DNA of 64,000 nucleotides from Yuukianura sp. NJ FZ-2021. Its lineage: Eukaryota. Each line of letters starts with the position of its first letter. The stretch's first letter is position 1. This document shows positions 26,119 through 37,652 of this stretch, piece after piece. The position numbers and the translations under genes were made by a program. A model generated the notes under the pieces. It worked only from the letters and a program-made list of their open reading frames with translations, was not told the DNA's origin and searched no databases. The DNA lies in assembly GCA_046563655.1 (NCBI GenBank), contig CM102286.1, positions 5,642,001 through 5,706,000 of the forward strand, in the 5' to 3' direction.

Positions 26119-29100
26119 TCAGTCTGTGTCCGAGTCAGACGGTTTTCCATGCTTCCGGTATTTTGCGGAAGCTTTTCGACGTCGTGTTGTCAATGTCGCC
26201 ACGGAAGTGTTCTGCTGTTCTTGATTCTCGTTCTCGCGGGAAGAAACTGCTTCTGATGGACTATTACGACTAGTGTCCCGTTCTGCATTAACGTCGTTGG
26301 ACAACTTTCGACGTTTTGGTGCAGGAGTTGGAAGTTTGTTGACGATGGAGACCAAGTCGTCCGAATCTGACGAAGTGCTTGATGAAGACGAATCACTGGA
26401 AGTACTGGAACTTGAAGTGGTAGTAGTGCTTGGGCATCTGATCATTGTCGATTGTTGTTTTCTCTTGGGATTGAATCTGTTGTGGCGCAGAATTGATGAC
26501 GATGTGGTCAAGTCATTTGTAACCCGTTTCAGTCTTTTGCTTACTTCGTCCAGTCGTGTAATCAACTCCAAATCAGTTTGGACAGCAGTGTTGTCAGAAC
26601 AGGAACTTGAACTGCTTTTGTCTCTTCGTTGCCGAGCAGCGGCTGTACGCTGTTGACGTCTCAAAGCGGTGGCGCTAGTGCAAGGCTTGTCATCTTCATC
26701 TGATGATCGGGCTTCCTCGGCTGACTTTGGAGTGGAACAATTTGTCCTTGCTCGGTGTCTTGCTGTGCGAATCCTACTCCTCGTCTCTGACCTTGGAGAA
26801 ACTGGAGACTGTGGATCATGGCACTCATCAGGAACATCGGCTGTTGAAGTGGAAGCATTTATGAGCAACGGTTTAAGTTCTTCTTTGAGCTTCCGAAAGC
26901 GTGCATCATCATCATTGTCTGAATCATCACTTGATGTGGAAGAAGACGAAGATGTTGCTGACGATGATTCGCTGAGAGAGGAAGTCGTAGAAGAATCTGA
27001 AGGAGAAGGACCTTCCGGGTACGGTAACAAATTCATTGTCAGAGAATTTGTCTTCCGGTTGAGCCGTCGCAAACGATTTAAAATAGTCATATGTCGTCGT
27101 TTTAACAAGGGCCTCCCCTCCGTTTCTAATATCACATGATTCTCAGCCATTCGAACAAGTTTTTCGTTCTTCTGTGCAATTAATTGAGTAATCGTGTTGT
27201 TTTTCATTTCTTCTTCTCGACTGTCCCGATTACTTGCTTCATCTTCGTCAAGCTCACTTGAACGTTTACTGGTTTCGCGACTTTCCTTACTATTGCTACT
27301 AATACACGTGACATCCGTCTCTCCCCCGGCTCCAGCGCTCATGTCAATTTCCTCCGAAGGCGGTTCAATATTTTCGTCGCTACTTGTAGTTGAATCATCA
27401 ATCACTTCAGCAGTAAGATCGTCTCCGTATGCATTTGATCTTACGCTGTCTGGGTCAGAAGCTTCGCCTTGAACATCATCATCCGAAACCACATTGCTCC
27501 CGTCTTCGTCGACGGTTTCCGTTTCGTTCCGTGGAGAGGTAAAATATGGATTCTCGCTTTGAGCCTGGCCCCAAACCGGAGTTCCTGTACTTCTCGTCAC
27601 AGCACCTTGCCGCCTCAAAGTCAAACCGAAATCATCGTCATCGGACATTCCTTCGATGTCGCGTTGAACTAGTGCATCGAAAAATGCTAACATCCTTGGA
27701 TCTTCCCGTGTCGTCCTTCTGTTTGTATCATATGTGAATGAAAGATACTGAAACGAACAGAAGTAATCTATGTTTATATTAAAGACTTTACTCCATTTTG
27801 AGCTAGCAAAAACTTTACCAGGGGAATTGTTTTTGTTACCTGCCCGGATTGGAGAATGAGGTTGATGTAATCGTTGTTTGAGTAAATGCGTCGGTCGTAG
27901 TCGGCTAAGGTTTCAAATGAGCTTTTGGCATTTGGGTATGGAAGGACAAAGGGACTCCAAAACTGCAGAAGTGAATTACAGTAAGTTTATTTGAAGTAAA
28001 TCAACGTTAAAATTTTCAGAGGAACTTACCTTTATTGTTTTCTCGACTCCAGCAGACGCAATTATTGAGTATTTGGAGTTGAATCGCACTTGATTAACGA
28101 TTGAGCGATGCCCACGAAGTATTAAATGTGCCTGACGAACGATTCCTGTAACAATTTAGCAGAGAAAATTAGGTTGTACACTTTAGCTTTGCGTAAAGTT
28201 CCAATTTTAACATTACGATCTCCCTCGACCAAGTCATTCTCGTTGGGTATCTTCCACATATAGAGATCGAAATTGTCAGAACCGGATATAACAAATTGGT
28301 CTTCGGTTCCAGCGAATGAGCAAGTTTTCATTGTGCATGAATTGTAGTAACCGCAATGATTGAACTGAAACAAGTGATTCGTGGATTGCGTCGAGTAGAG
28401 GATTGGAGGTAGGCGGCGCCGAAGGGCTATAATTTTTGAACCATCTTGACTAAATCGGGCACACATACAGCATTGCTCTGAATTCTTCCCACCATAATTT
28501 ATTAAGACCCTGAAACAAGTTTTAAGACAATTGATTGGAGTATATTCCGTGTGATTAAAGATTAAGCTTCACTTACTTCTCTGGCATTCGGACATCCCAT
28601 AATGCAACTCCTGTTTTAGCGTTGGCACTAACAACTAGCCTTGGTTCAACTGGATTGAACATCACAGTGTGGAAAGCAGAGTTAGACGTCGCCAAACAGA
28701 ATGGAGCTATAGTTCAGTTGTAATCAAAAATACAAAATGTAGTGACATATTCGCAACTTTCATTTAGTACACAACCCATCATGACCTCAGCTAACACAAT
28801 ACTCGCTGAGAAACGCGAATAATACCCGTTAGTGATGCTCCTGTTCATCGACGCTGAATCGCTGAATGAAAGACATACCTGAGCTTGGAGAATCCCGAAT
28901 ATCATGAATTAGAAGCTGGCCATTGTCACAAGCAGTAGAAAATAAATTATCGTTTAAAGGATCAATAGAAATTCCATAAACGGGTTCCTCGTGCGTAAAA
29001 TAATCCAGCGGTTTAGCCCTGGAAATATAATTTCATTGGTTAAAAGTAGACGAAGGAATCGTGTGTTTTTTCATCCTCCCTTTACGATTACGATGAAATT

Positions 29101-29657
29101 AGGGTCTTACGTTTTGACGTCATGCATAATTACTAAGTCGTCGTTTCCACCAGAGAATATCTTTGAATTTGTGCTATCGATGGCAACAACGAATATGTTA
29201 CTTCGATGCTCACCCTAGGAAGTTGATTTATCAAGCACTTCTTTATCAACCAATGAGCTCATTTATTGAAATAAAGTTGGTTCGTCCTTACCATCATAAC
29301 TACGGGATTCGGCTGTCCTTGGATCGTTGAATGTACATCCCACAGAAGAACTCTTCTGTCGTCTCCAGCTGTTTGTATTTAAAATGGTCACAATTAGCGC
29401 GTGCTTCATACCATCGTAAATTACGATTTATTGATAATTGCATAACTGTAGTTACCTGACACAAAAAGCTTTCCGTCATTCGAGAACTCGATCCCATTTA
29501 CGCAGCCGTAATGCTGCAAGAGATTTTTTCTATACAGCCTCTTCGCCTTTTCAAGCTGAAAATCGGTGACGACGGATGTTTTCGGTATGGGAGTACTTGT
29601 CAGTTCACGTGATTGAGTAAAATTTACAAAATGTCCAGGGTTAACTCGTTTCAGCAT
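26119..29657 (-). CDS. DCAF5: DDB1- and CUL4-associated factor 5 (WD40; WDR22), spliced, with Ser/acidic low-complexity C-terminus
   Basis: LYRKNLLQHYGCVNGIEFS, GDDRRVLLW, HRSNIF, ALRRRLPPILY, GYYNSCTMKTCSFAG, SGSDNFDLYMWKIP, LRGHRSIVNQVRFN, EDPRMLAFFDALVQRDIEG. Confidence 0.92.
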
Positions 29658-29742
29658 CTTGATGCTGCGACACTGCTAGATGCAGCCCGAATTCGATATC
29701 TATGGAATAATGCAAAGGTAATATTAAAAAGACGGATAATTA

Positions 29743-30462
29743 CCCTAATTCCTCGCCTACAAGCCGCACTCGCGTATAAGCCGCACCCAGAAATTCTGAA
29801 AAATTCTTAAACAGCGCGAAAACCTATAGTTTAAAGTTGAGAAATTAGATTTTGCACCTAGTTTCCTAACTTTGTCGTGAAGTTAGTGTCTAGTTAGATG
29901 ATATTTTATTTTTAAATTTTTAACGATTGACGTGACACCAAACGTTACTCGTCAATCGTGCACAACAGAATTTAATCTTCTGTTTTGACGGAAAGGGATT
30001 CTGTTTTTAGACTACAGGCAAAGGCATTGCCTTGCCACAAATTAGAGGAATACGGATTTTTTTTGCTAGCAACGATTGGTACGAAAACTTCATGAAGAGA
30101 AACAATTCTTCAATTCGGTGCAGAACGTCCGTGGGTCACCCACTGCCAGAACACTTCCCAGAAAAGTTGGGACTTTATCGAGCTTGTGGTTGAAAAGATT
30201 TGTTTCGCTTTAATCTCCCCGAAAAACATTTTCAATATGTACGAAGTTCCGTATCAATTTGATTTGCCAGGCAGCAGAACCATGGCAGTAACGCTAGATT
30301 TGGTGAATTGGCGTTAGATTAAAACCGTTTCAGTAAAGTTTTACGTTATTTGAACAAATTTTTCACGAAAATCTTCAGTTTTGATCGAAATTTTTTTTTT
30401 CGAATTCCAAATTTTTGCGAAATTTCTCAGATAATCCGCGGCTTGTACGCGAGGAATTAGGG
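29743..30462 (+). mobile_element. Internally deleted pogo-family DNA transposon with transposase remnant
   Basis: TA|CCCTAATTCCTCGCCTACAAGCCGC ... GCGGCTTGTACGCGAGGAATTAGGG|TA. Broken frames read ASNDWYENFMKRNNSSIRCRTSVGHPLP (CENP-B HTH-like) and NIFNMYEVPYQFDLP (start of pogo DDE domain). Confidence 0.85.
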
Positions 30463-30574
30463 TAATTAGAAGTAAGTCGCGGTTTATAGTAAATGAAAGT
30501 TCGACGGAGTGCACGTTTAGAACAGCAGGTCTAAAAAGTCCCATGCAATAGTACAATCAGCTGATTGAAAGCTG

Positions 30575-30977
30575 GGTTGGATTATACCAATATGGGCTCA
30601 TGTTAAAAACTTCGAAAAATTTCGAGAAAAAGGTCAATGACATCCCCAGACAGCCCCAAAAATGACCTCTACGAAAGTTGTTGGGCTTGACAAGGGGATC
30701 ATTTTTTGTCCTCTGACATATGACCTTGCGACCTTCCGTTGAGGTCATAGGTCAATATGAAAGTTCGTTAGGTTAGGTTATGTCAAACCTTCAAAGTAAT
30801 CTATGACCTCAACGGAAGGTCGCAAGGTCATATGTCAGAGGACAAAAAATGATCCCCTCATCAAGCCCAACAACTTTTGTAGAGGTCATTTTTTGGGTTG
30901 TCTGGGGTCAAAGTTCACTCTTTTTATCGAAAATTTTCTAAGTTTTTAACATGAGCCCATATTGGTATAATCCAACC
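30575..30977. mobile_element. Fold-back MITE with GGTTG ends and 8-bp TSD, related to the 18866..20197 element
   Basis: TIR GGTTGGATTATACCAATATGGGCTCATGTTAAAAACTT; TSD GAAAGCTG on both sides; shares the GACAAAAAAT..TCCCCTCAT..CAACTTT..AGRGGTCATTTTT motif. Confidence 0.88.
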
Positions 30978-31462
30978 GAAAGCTGACATTGTTTCCCTAA
31001 TTTAATTTTGCATTTTGCCAAACACTTCTGCTGACCTATTCGCTGTCGCACTATGTTACTGAATGAGAGGTATGCATTCACATAATATTTATTGAACAAA
31101 CAAAACTTACGTTCAGTTTCGTTAACCAACGTTAAGTTAATGTCGAACGTTGAACCTGAACTTGAAGATTTTTCAGACAGCTCTCAGATGGTCCACATAA
31201 ACAATTGTCAAGGTAGATTGGGGCAAATGTAGTGAAAATTTTCCAAGTGCATGTGCATTCGAATTTTTTTCTTGCTTGATATAGTTTGGGCTTGCGGCTA
31301 CGCGAAAACTTCAAAAAATCGCCATTTCAGTTTTTTGTTATGAACACGCCCGTGTTATGTTGTTTCAAACGTTTTTAAAAAGTTGTAGAAAAAAAATTTT
31401 CTCCCCAAAGATGTACCCGTTCCCATTCTTTTCGGGGATCTTGATTCGTTTTTTAAGTCCAG

Positions 31463-31841
31463 TGTTCGTGACTTGGTCACTTTAAGGGCCTAACCTGAGC
31501 TGTCAATTGATGAAATAAAGCACAATGGCGGAACACAAGACAAATCCAATTTTATGAGCACTTTATTTGCTCAAGTCTTAAAACTATTACAAGTTGTGTC
31601 ACACACACAGACAGACAGGAGGGAACAGACAGGAGATGTTGGTGGCTCAGTGGCTGAACAGACTCTCCCGGTGAAGCACAAGACTCCACATCAATGTCCA
31701 GGAGAAGCCTGGACATGTCCACGCCAATGTCAAAGCTCACTTTGACCTTGGCGTCTCACTCTTTATGCACTCACAACCTGCCTCTGGTTGACTCACAAAG
31801 TCAACCAATGACAGGCTGCAAATCAACCACAGCTACAAACA
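31463..31841 (-). repeat. 3' LTR (379 bp)
   Basis: Direct repeat of 37653..38034; the only difference noticed is a 3-nt T-run indel. Confidence 0.95.
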
Positions 31842-32202
31842 CTCCCACCTGATGTACGCAGTACATCACGCTAAACTAAATCCTAATTACCTAAATGGGT
31901 ACTTAGGAGCACTGAAATCTTCTTGAGGGGGAAGCTAAGGGGACTCTGGAACCTACTTGAGGGGAAATATTTTTTAACTAAAATTTAGACCTAATTTTAG
32001 AAAAAAGATGAATTTTTTAGAATTGAATTTCTAACGAGAAAGGAAAACTACAACTAAAATTGAACTGAATTTTAGAAAAACAGGAAGTTTTAGAACAAAA
32101 TTCTAAAGGAAAAGAAGTTTATAACTAAAATTTAGAACTAAATCTTCGAAATAGGGGGAACTCAAACACTCACACAATCAAATAATTAGTATTTGAAGTA
32201 AC

Positions 32203-35200
32203 TTATGATTTATACGCATACGTATAAGTACCATCGTCGATCGGGAGAGGGGAAACCTTGACAATGGGACGGTTGTAAGTCTTGATGGTGACGTTTCCCT
32301 TGGCGTCAGTCACAGGAACATTGACATCGCAAACTCGGACGAGGTTGTCCTTTCCAGGGTTGACTGCAGCAATTCGTCCCAATGTCCATTTCTGTGGTCC
32401 GAGATCCGAGTCGCTGTCGTTCAGCAAAACCAAAGTTCCTACTCCAAGGTTCTCCTGCTCTGCAAACCATTTTGGTGTCTTCTGAAGGCTCTGGAGGTAC
32501 TGGGACGACCAACGACGGTTAAAATGCTGCGCCATTTGCTGGACATGTTGCCAGCGTGTCAATTGATGAACCTTGTACCCGTCCAGGTTCTCCTGTGGTG
32601 CAGCCTTCAAGGATCGTCCAATTAGGAAATGTCCGGGGGTGAGGGCTGAGAAGTCGTTGGCATCTGATGACATTGGGGTCAAAGGTCGAGAGTTGAGGGT
32701 TGCCTCGATTCTTTTGAGGAGGGTCCAGAACTCTTCAATTGAAAGTCGCCTGTCACCAGCAACACGATGGAGATGAGTCTTCATCGATTTGACTCCAGCT
32801 TCAAAGATTCCGCCAAAATGTGGAGCATAGGGTGGATTAATGACAAATTCCACATTTTGATCCACGAAAAACTTTGACACTTGGTCAACATGAGATGTGG
32901 AAGTGACGAACTGCTGGAATTCTTCGATTTCATTTTTGGCACCAAGAAAGTTTCTCCCACCATCACACAAAATTTTTGAGGGACAGCCTCGGGTGGACAC
33001 GAGACGATCAAATGCGCTTAAGAACGCGGGTGTGGACAGGTCACTTACGAACTCGAGGTGGATTGCTTTGACTGCTAAACAGACAAACACTGCCACGTAT
33101 GCTTTTAGCAGTCTCGGGTTGCGTCCAGGAGTTGCATTGACGTGAAATGCACCAGCATAGTCAACTCCGACGTGGGTGAATGGTAAGGTTGGGGTCACTC
33201 GTGACATTGGTAATTGGCCCATCTTCTGTCCCAACACTTTAGGACTGACCTTATGACATGTGATGCACTTCCGTACAACTGACGAGCAAACCTTTGGTCC
33301 ATTTGGAATCCAAAACTTGTCACGAACGAGAGAAAGGAGCAGTTGGGGTCCAGGATGGTTGTTCGATTGGTGCAGATGTCTGACGATACAAATAGTAAAA
33401 TGGTGGTGGCGAGGAAGTAGGATTGGATGCTTCTGGTCATAGGACCAGAAACTATGACGCAGTCTCCCTCCCACCCGTAAAATACCGTTTGCGTCGATAA
33501 ACGGTGTGAGGGATTTTACGGTACTTGGAGAGGTCTTTTTCCTCTTACACCAATCCAATTCACTGGCAAACGTTTCTGATTGGACACAACGGACGAGAAT
33601 GATGAGGGCTTGGTCCAATTCTTTTACAGTCAATGGTCCAATCACACTTTCACTATTTGGATGTAAATTGTTTATGTAGCGTATCCACACTGCTACATAT
33701 CGTTTCATATTTTGAAACGAGTCACACTTTTGGATAAATGCTCCCACCGTCTCAAAAAACCAATTGGATGGAGTAACTACTTGAGATGTATTGTTGGTGG
33801 TAGCCATGGGAGCGGATTTTTGTAGCCATTCTGGACCATGTAGCCACAATGGATGTTTCAAAAACTGGAATACGGTAATTCCACGTGAAGCACAATCCGC
33901 TGGATTTTCATCACCATCAACATGATGCCAATTAGCAGAGGGGAGGAGCGATAAAATTTTTCGCACACGATTATGAACAAAAACGTCCAATTTTTTGTCT
34001 GAATTGATCCAGTTCAGCACACAGGTGGAATCACACCAGCAGTTGATGGACGAAATGTGGAGTTGAACTGAAGAAATGACGGTTGTCATTAATTTGGCCA
34101 ACAACACTGCTCCACATAGTTCCAAACGGGGAATTGTTTCTCCTTTCACTGGAGCGACACAAGTTTTTGCACAAAGGAGATTAACAATTGGAGGAACGGT
34201 ACTTGAAAACACTTTCAAGTAAACACAGGCAGAATATGCTGAGATACTGGCATCACAAAAACCGTGGAGTTCGAATTCGGTTGAAGTAAGGTTGGAGTGT
34301 ACGACACACCTTGGAACAAAAAACGAATTTAGACGGACGATGTCGATTGTATAGTTGTACCATTCGTCCAACAAATCGTCCGGAAGTGGAGAGTCCCAGT
34401 CCAGATTCGCCTTCCACAATTTTTGCATGAGGATCTTTGGACGAATGATGACGGGTGACAACCAGCCCAAAGGATCAAAAATCCTGGCAATGCTGGAAAG
34501 AACTTTTCGTTTTGTCGTGACGACTGGAATTTGTCCAGGAAACTTGGAAGTTGAATTGGAGTGGAGATTGGAATTCAATTTCACACTGAAAGTGTCCAGA
34601 GACGGATTCCACAGTAATCCGATTGTTTTCACTGTTCCATCTTCCGTAATTTCTAGGGGTTGACTTTTCGCCTGACTTTCGGATGAAACTGATGAAACGA
34701 CAATTGAACTGTTGGAAGTCCATTTTCGCAGTTCGAGCTTCCCAATTCGCATGACACTGAGCAGTTCTTGTTGTAGTTGGATTGCTTCGTCCACTGACGG
34801 GGCTCCTGACAATAAATTGTCCACAAGAAATTCTTTTTTGATGACTTGACATGCGGTCGGATATTTTTCAAAGTTGTCATCTGCCAACTGGTGGAGACAA
34901 CGAATGGCTAGAAAGGGAGCGGGGGCAACACCAAATGTCACTCGGGTCATTTTCATGTCCATCACTGGGTCAACTGGAGACGGACGGTAGAGTAGACGTT
35001 GGTAGTTGCTGTCATCACTATGCACAGAAAAACAATTGTAGAATTTTGTAATGTCAGCAGACATGGCAATAATATGAGTGCGAAAATTGAGTAATAGGGG
35101 AACCAGATCAACTTGCAGTTTTGGACCAGTGTGTAGAACATTGTTTAGTGAAAGTCCGTTGGATGACTTGGCACTGGCATCGAAAACAATTCGGTATTTG

Positions 35201-37500
35201 GTGGTAGTGCTGTCTTCCTTGGTTACTACATGATGTGGCATGTAGTAGGAGTTAGTATTCTGCAAATCAGAAACAGGAACAGTCACTAACCAACCTTTAG
35301 AAATGTACTCACGAAATTGTTGATGGTACGAAATTTGCATTTCTGGAATTTTGGCCATTGACTTTTCGACACTGGCCAAACGACGTAGTGCAGCAGCACG
35401 TGACGAGCCAAGTCCAGAAAAGTCAGAAACGAAAGGAAGTCCAATGGAATATTCGCCAGAGTCCAACTTTTGCACAGATGATCTGAACCACTTCTCACAT
35501 TGTTCATCCTCTTTAGTAGTGGGTTGAGGTACGGCACAAGGCTCCTCAAGTTCCCAAAACTTTTTAAGCGTAGAATCAATACAACGATCGTCCTTTGAAC
35601 AACGGGAATGGAGCACTTGAACATAATTTGAGGCACTTGACTCACTTGGGGCAAGTCCAGACAAAACCCAGCCGAAAACTGTATTTCGGGCTGATGGAAA
35701 ACCTTTAGGTGCACGAATGATGCCAGGACGGCTAAACTCAATTATTAGTGGAGCACCTATTAAGATGTCCACTGGCCCTGGAGATGCAAATGAAGAGTCG
35801 GCAAGTTCGATTTCTCCTAAATAGTCCAGTGGTGACGTGATGGTAGATCGGGGTAACTTGGAACCAGTAACTTTTTTCAACACAAGAGCCTTGAACTCCA
35901 CAGAGTAATTATTGAGGTGTGAAAAAATTTTGAGGGTGACTAATCCTCGGGAAGTTTCCGCAGTCGCACCACCGATTCCGCAAATATTTACGCAGGTTTT
36001 CTCACGGGGCAATCCGAGACGATCAACACACTGCTCCGAAACGAAGTGGGACTCGGACCCACTATCCAAAAACACTCGACACTGTTGTTTGTCTCCATGG
36101 GAGTCAAGCACATCAACCAAAACAGTCTCCATCAGCACCACATGTGCTGAAATGTTCTCTGGAGAACAATGTCCAGAACTGGTCTGGCCAACACTTGGAG
36201 ACTGGGAAGTTGAGTCCAATTGAGACCCACTGGTGGCTTCATTTGTTGACTGATGTGTGGAAGTGGTGTTTTGATTTTTCGGTTCGAAGTGTAACATGGT
36301 GTGATGAGGCTTGGAACATTTTTTGCATTTGTCTTTGTCACACTTCTCAGCCGAACATGACTTCCGGAAACAATTGAAGCAGCGGTGAGACTTGCGCACA
36401 AAGTCCAGTCGCTCTTTCACATTTAACTTTCTGAATGTTGAACATTGAAATAAAAAATGTGACTCACCACAGAGATCACATTTTGTGGAAGATCCAGAAG
36501 CAGTTGGTTGAACGTTTGAAGCGGATGGAGAGGTGGGTTTGACGCCCGATGAAAAATTTGCAGATTTTGAGTCGGATTTTGACTCGGATTTGACCTTGGG
36601 ACATGATTTCTTGGAATGAGAGTCTGCAAGGGCGGTGGCTCTTGTTTCAAAAAATTCCAGGAACTTGGGCAGTTTAGGAAGATCACTTCCTTGGACGAGA
36701 AGCCACTCCTTCCTGGACATTGGATCCATTTTTTGGAGGGCGACGAACACAAAAACCAAATCCCAATGTTCTACTGGAACTTTCAAGTTCTTCAGTGAAC
36801 GGACGCATTCGTTGATTACGTCACAGAGTTGACGTAACCCTGTAGCTGAATCTGAGACGGTATGCAAATCGAAGAACTTTCGCATGTGAGCAAAAACAAT
36901 TTCTCTCAGATTACTGTACCTTTTAACGACAAGATCCCAAGCTTCATCAAAACTGGAATTGGTGGTGGGGAAGCGAGAAACGATGGATGATGCATCTCCA
37001 GTCAGAGCTTGTTTGAGATAAGCAATCTTATCAGCATCTGACAAACCTGGATTGCTGGAGACTGCTGACTTGAACAGATCTTCAAAATCCTGCCATTCCT
37101 CCACACGACCGTTAAATTTTGGAACACTGAGACGTTCAAGGCGAAAGGGCGATGACTTTCCAAGGGCATCGGTGGCAGCTTTGTTGGATTCCATTCTCTT
37201 CCGGTGGATTTCTCCCACCTTCACGAGAATGGAAAATACGGAATTTTCTAAAGTCGTCAGGGATTCGCCCAACTCAGCTTTGGTCTTGTCTTCATCGTCG
37301 GGGAGACTAAACCACCTCCTTCGAAGACCTTTGACCTCGGCTTGAAGCTCCTTCACCTCGTCCCATGTTAGTTGGATTTCCGCCGTTGTCACAGATCTGC
37401 CGGGAGTCAGCCATCCACCATAGCGATTTTGGTACGTGAGGATTGAGTTGGATGAGAAGGCAATATCGGATCCCAACATGTCGATTTCTGACTTGACCAT
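32203..37500 (-). CDS. BEL/Pao Gag-Pol polyprotein (gag with three Cys/His knuckles, aspartic protease, RT, RNase H, integrase)
   Basis: 1765-aa ORF: VPKFNG..EEW..F gag region, CDLCGESH / CFNC / CKKCSKPHHTMLH, FLDSGS, YYMPHH, RIVFDAS, TFGVAPAPFLA, LHGFCDAS, TIPRLELCGA, ENPADCASRG, VGVDYAG, APHFGGIFE, LTPGHFLIG. Confidence 0.97.
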   Translation of the reverse strand: MVKSEIDMLGSDIAFSSNSILTYQNRYGGWLTPGRSVTTAEIQLTWDEVKELQAEVKGLRRRWFSLPDDEDKTKAELGESLTTLENSVFSILVKVGEIHRKRMESNKAATDALGKSSPFRLERLSVPKFNGRVEEWQDFEDLFKSAVSSNPGLSDADKIAYLKQALTGDASSIVSRFPTTNSSFDEAWDLVVKRYSNLREIVFAHMRKFFDLHTVSDSATGLRQLCDVINECVRSLKNLKVPVEHWDLVFVFVALQKMDPMSRKEWLLVQGSDLPKLPKFLEFFETRATALADSHSKKSCPKVKSESKSDSKSANFSSGVKPTSPSASNVQPTASGSSTKCDLCGESHFLFQCSTFRKLNVKERLDFVRKSHRCFNCFRKSCSAEKCDKDKCKKCSKPHHTMLHFEPKNQNTTSTHQSTNEATSGSQLDSTSQSPSVGQTSSGHCSPENISAHVVLMETVLVDVLDSHGDKQQCRVFLDSGSESHFVSEQCVDRLGLPREKTCVNICGIGGATAETSRGLVTLKIFSHLNNYSVEFKALVLKKVTGSKLPRSTITSPLDYLGEIELADSSFASPGPVDILIGAPLIIEFSRPGIIRAPKGFPSARNTVFGWVLSGLAPSESSASNYVQVLHSRCSKDDRCIDSTLKKFWELEEPCAVPQPTTKEDEQCEKWFRSSVQKLDSGEYSIGLPFVSDFSGLGSSRAAALRRLASVEKSMAKIPEMQISYHQQFREYISKGWLVTVPVSDLQNTNSYYMPHHVVTKEDSTTTKYRIVFDASAKSSNGLSLNNVLHTGPKLQVDLVPLLLNFRTHIIAMSADITKFYNCFSVHSDDSNYQRLLYRPSPVDPVMDMKMTRVTFGVAPAPFLAIRCLHQLADDNFEKYPTACQVIKKEFLVDNLLSGAPSVDEAIQLQQELLSVMRIGKLELRKWTSNSSIVVSSVSSESQAKSQPLEITEDGTVKTIGLLWNPSLDTFSVKLNSNLHSNSTSKFPGQIPVVTTKRKVLSSIARIFDPLGWLSPVIIRPKILMQKLWKANLDWDSPLPDDLLDEWYNYTIDIVRLNSFFVPRCVVHSNLTSTEFELHGFCDASISAYSACVYLKVFSSTVPPIVNLLCAKTCVAPVKGETIPRLELCGAVLLAKLMTTVISSVQLHISSINCWCDSTCVLNWINSDKKLDVFVHNRVRKILSLLPSANWHHVDGDENPADCASRGITVFQFLKHPLWLHGPEWLQKSAPMATTNNTSQVVTPSNWFFETVGAFIQKCDSFQNMKRYVAVWIRYINNLHPNSESVIGPLTVKELDQALIILVRCVQSETFASELDWCKRKKTSPSTVKSLTPFIDANGILRVGGRLRHSFWSYDQKHPILLPRHHHFTICIVRHLHQSNNHPGPQLLLSLVRDKFWIPNGPKVCSSVVRKCITCHKVSPKVLGQKMGQLPMSRVTPTLPFTHVGVDYAGAFHVNATPGRNPRLLKAYVAVFVCLAVKAIHLEFVSDLSTPAFLSAFDRLVSTRGCPSKILCDGGRNFLGAKNEIEEFQQFVTSTSHVDQVSKFFVDQNVEFVINPPYAPHFGGIFEAGVKSMKTHLHRVAGDRRLSIEEFWTLLKRIEATLNSRPLTPMSSDANDFSALTPGHFLIGRSLKAAPQENLDGYKVHQLTRWQHVQQMAQHFNRRWSSQYLQSLQKTPKWFAEQENLGVGTLVLLNDSDSDLGPQKWTLGRIAAVNPGKDNLVRVCDVNVPVTDAKGNVTIKTYNRPIVKVSPLPIDDGTYTYAYKS

Positions 37501-37652
37501 GATGAACTTTTGACACTAGGTCACTCGTTGACACAAAAACACGAGGGGAGTGACTCAACAGTCACTAGACACAAGTACAATTGGTGACACAAGGCTACTT
37601 GACACAAGGTCAAGGACGTACAATTGACACCAAAGTCTCAAAATTGGAAAAA

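Noticed and set aside
26190..27737. Antisense and alternative-frame ORFs over the last DCAF5 exon
   Set aside because: Shadow frames of a low-complexity Ser/Asp-rich exon.
32282..37558. Short overlapping ORFs and a possible env gene within the BEL element
   Set aside because: Shadow frames of gag-pol; only ~360 nt of AT-rich sequence lies between the pol stop and the 3' LTR, with no env ORF.
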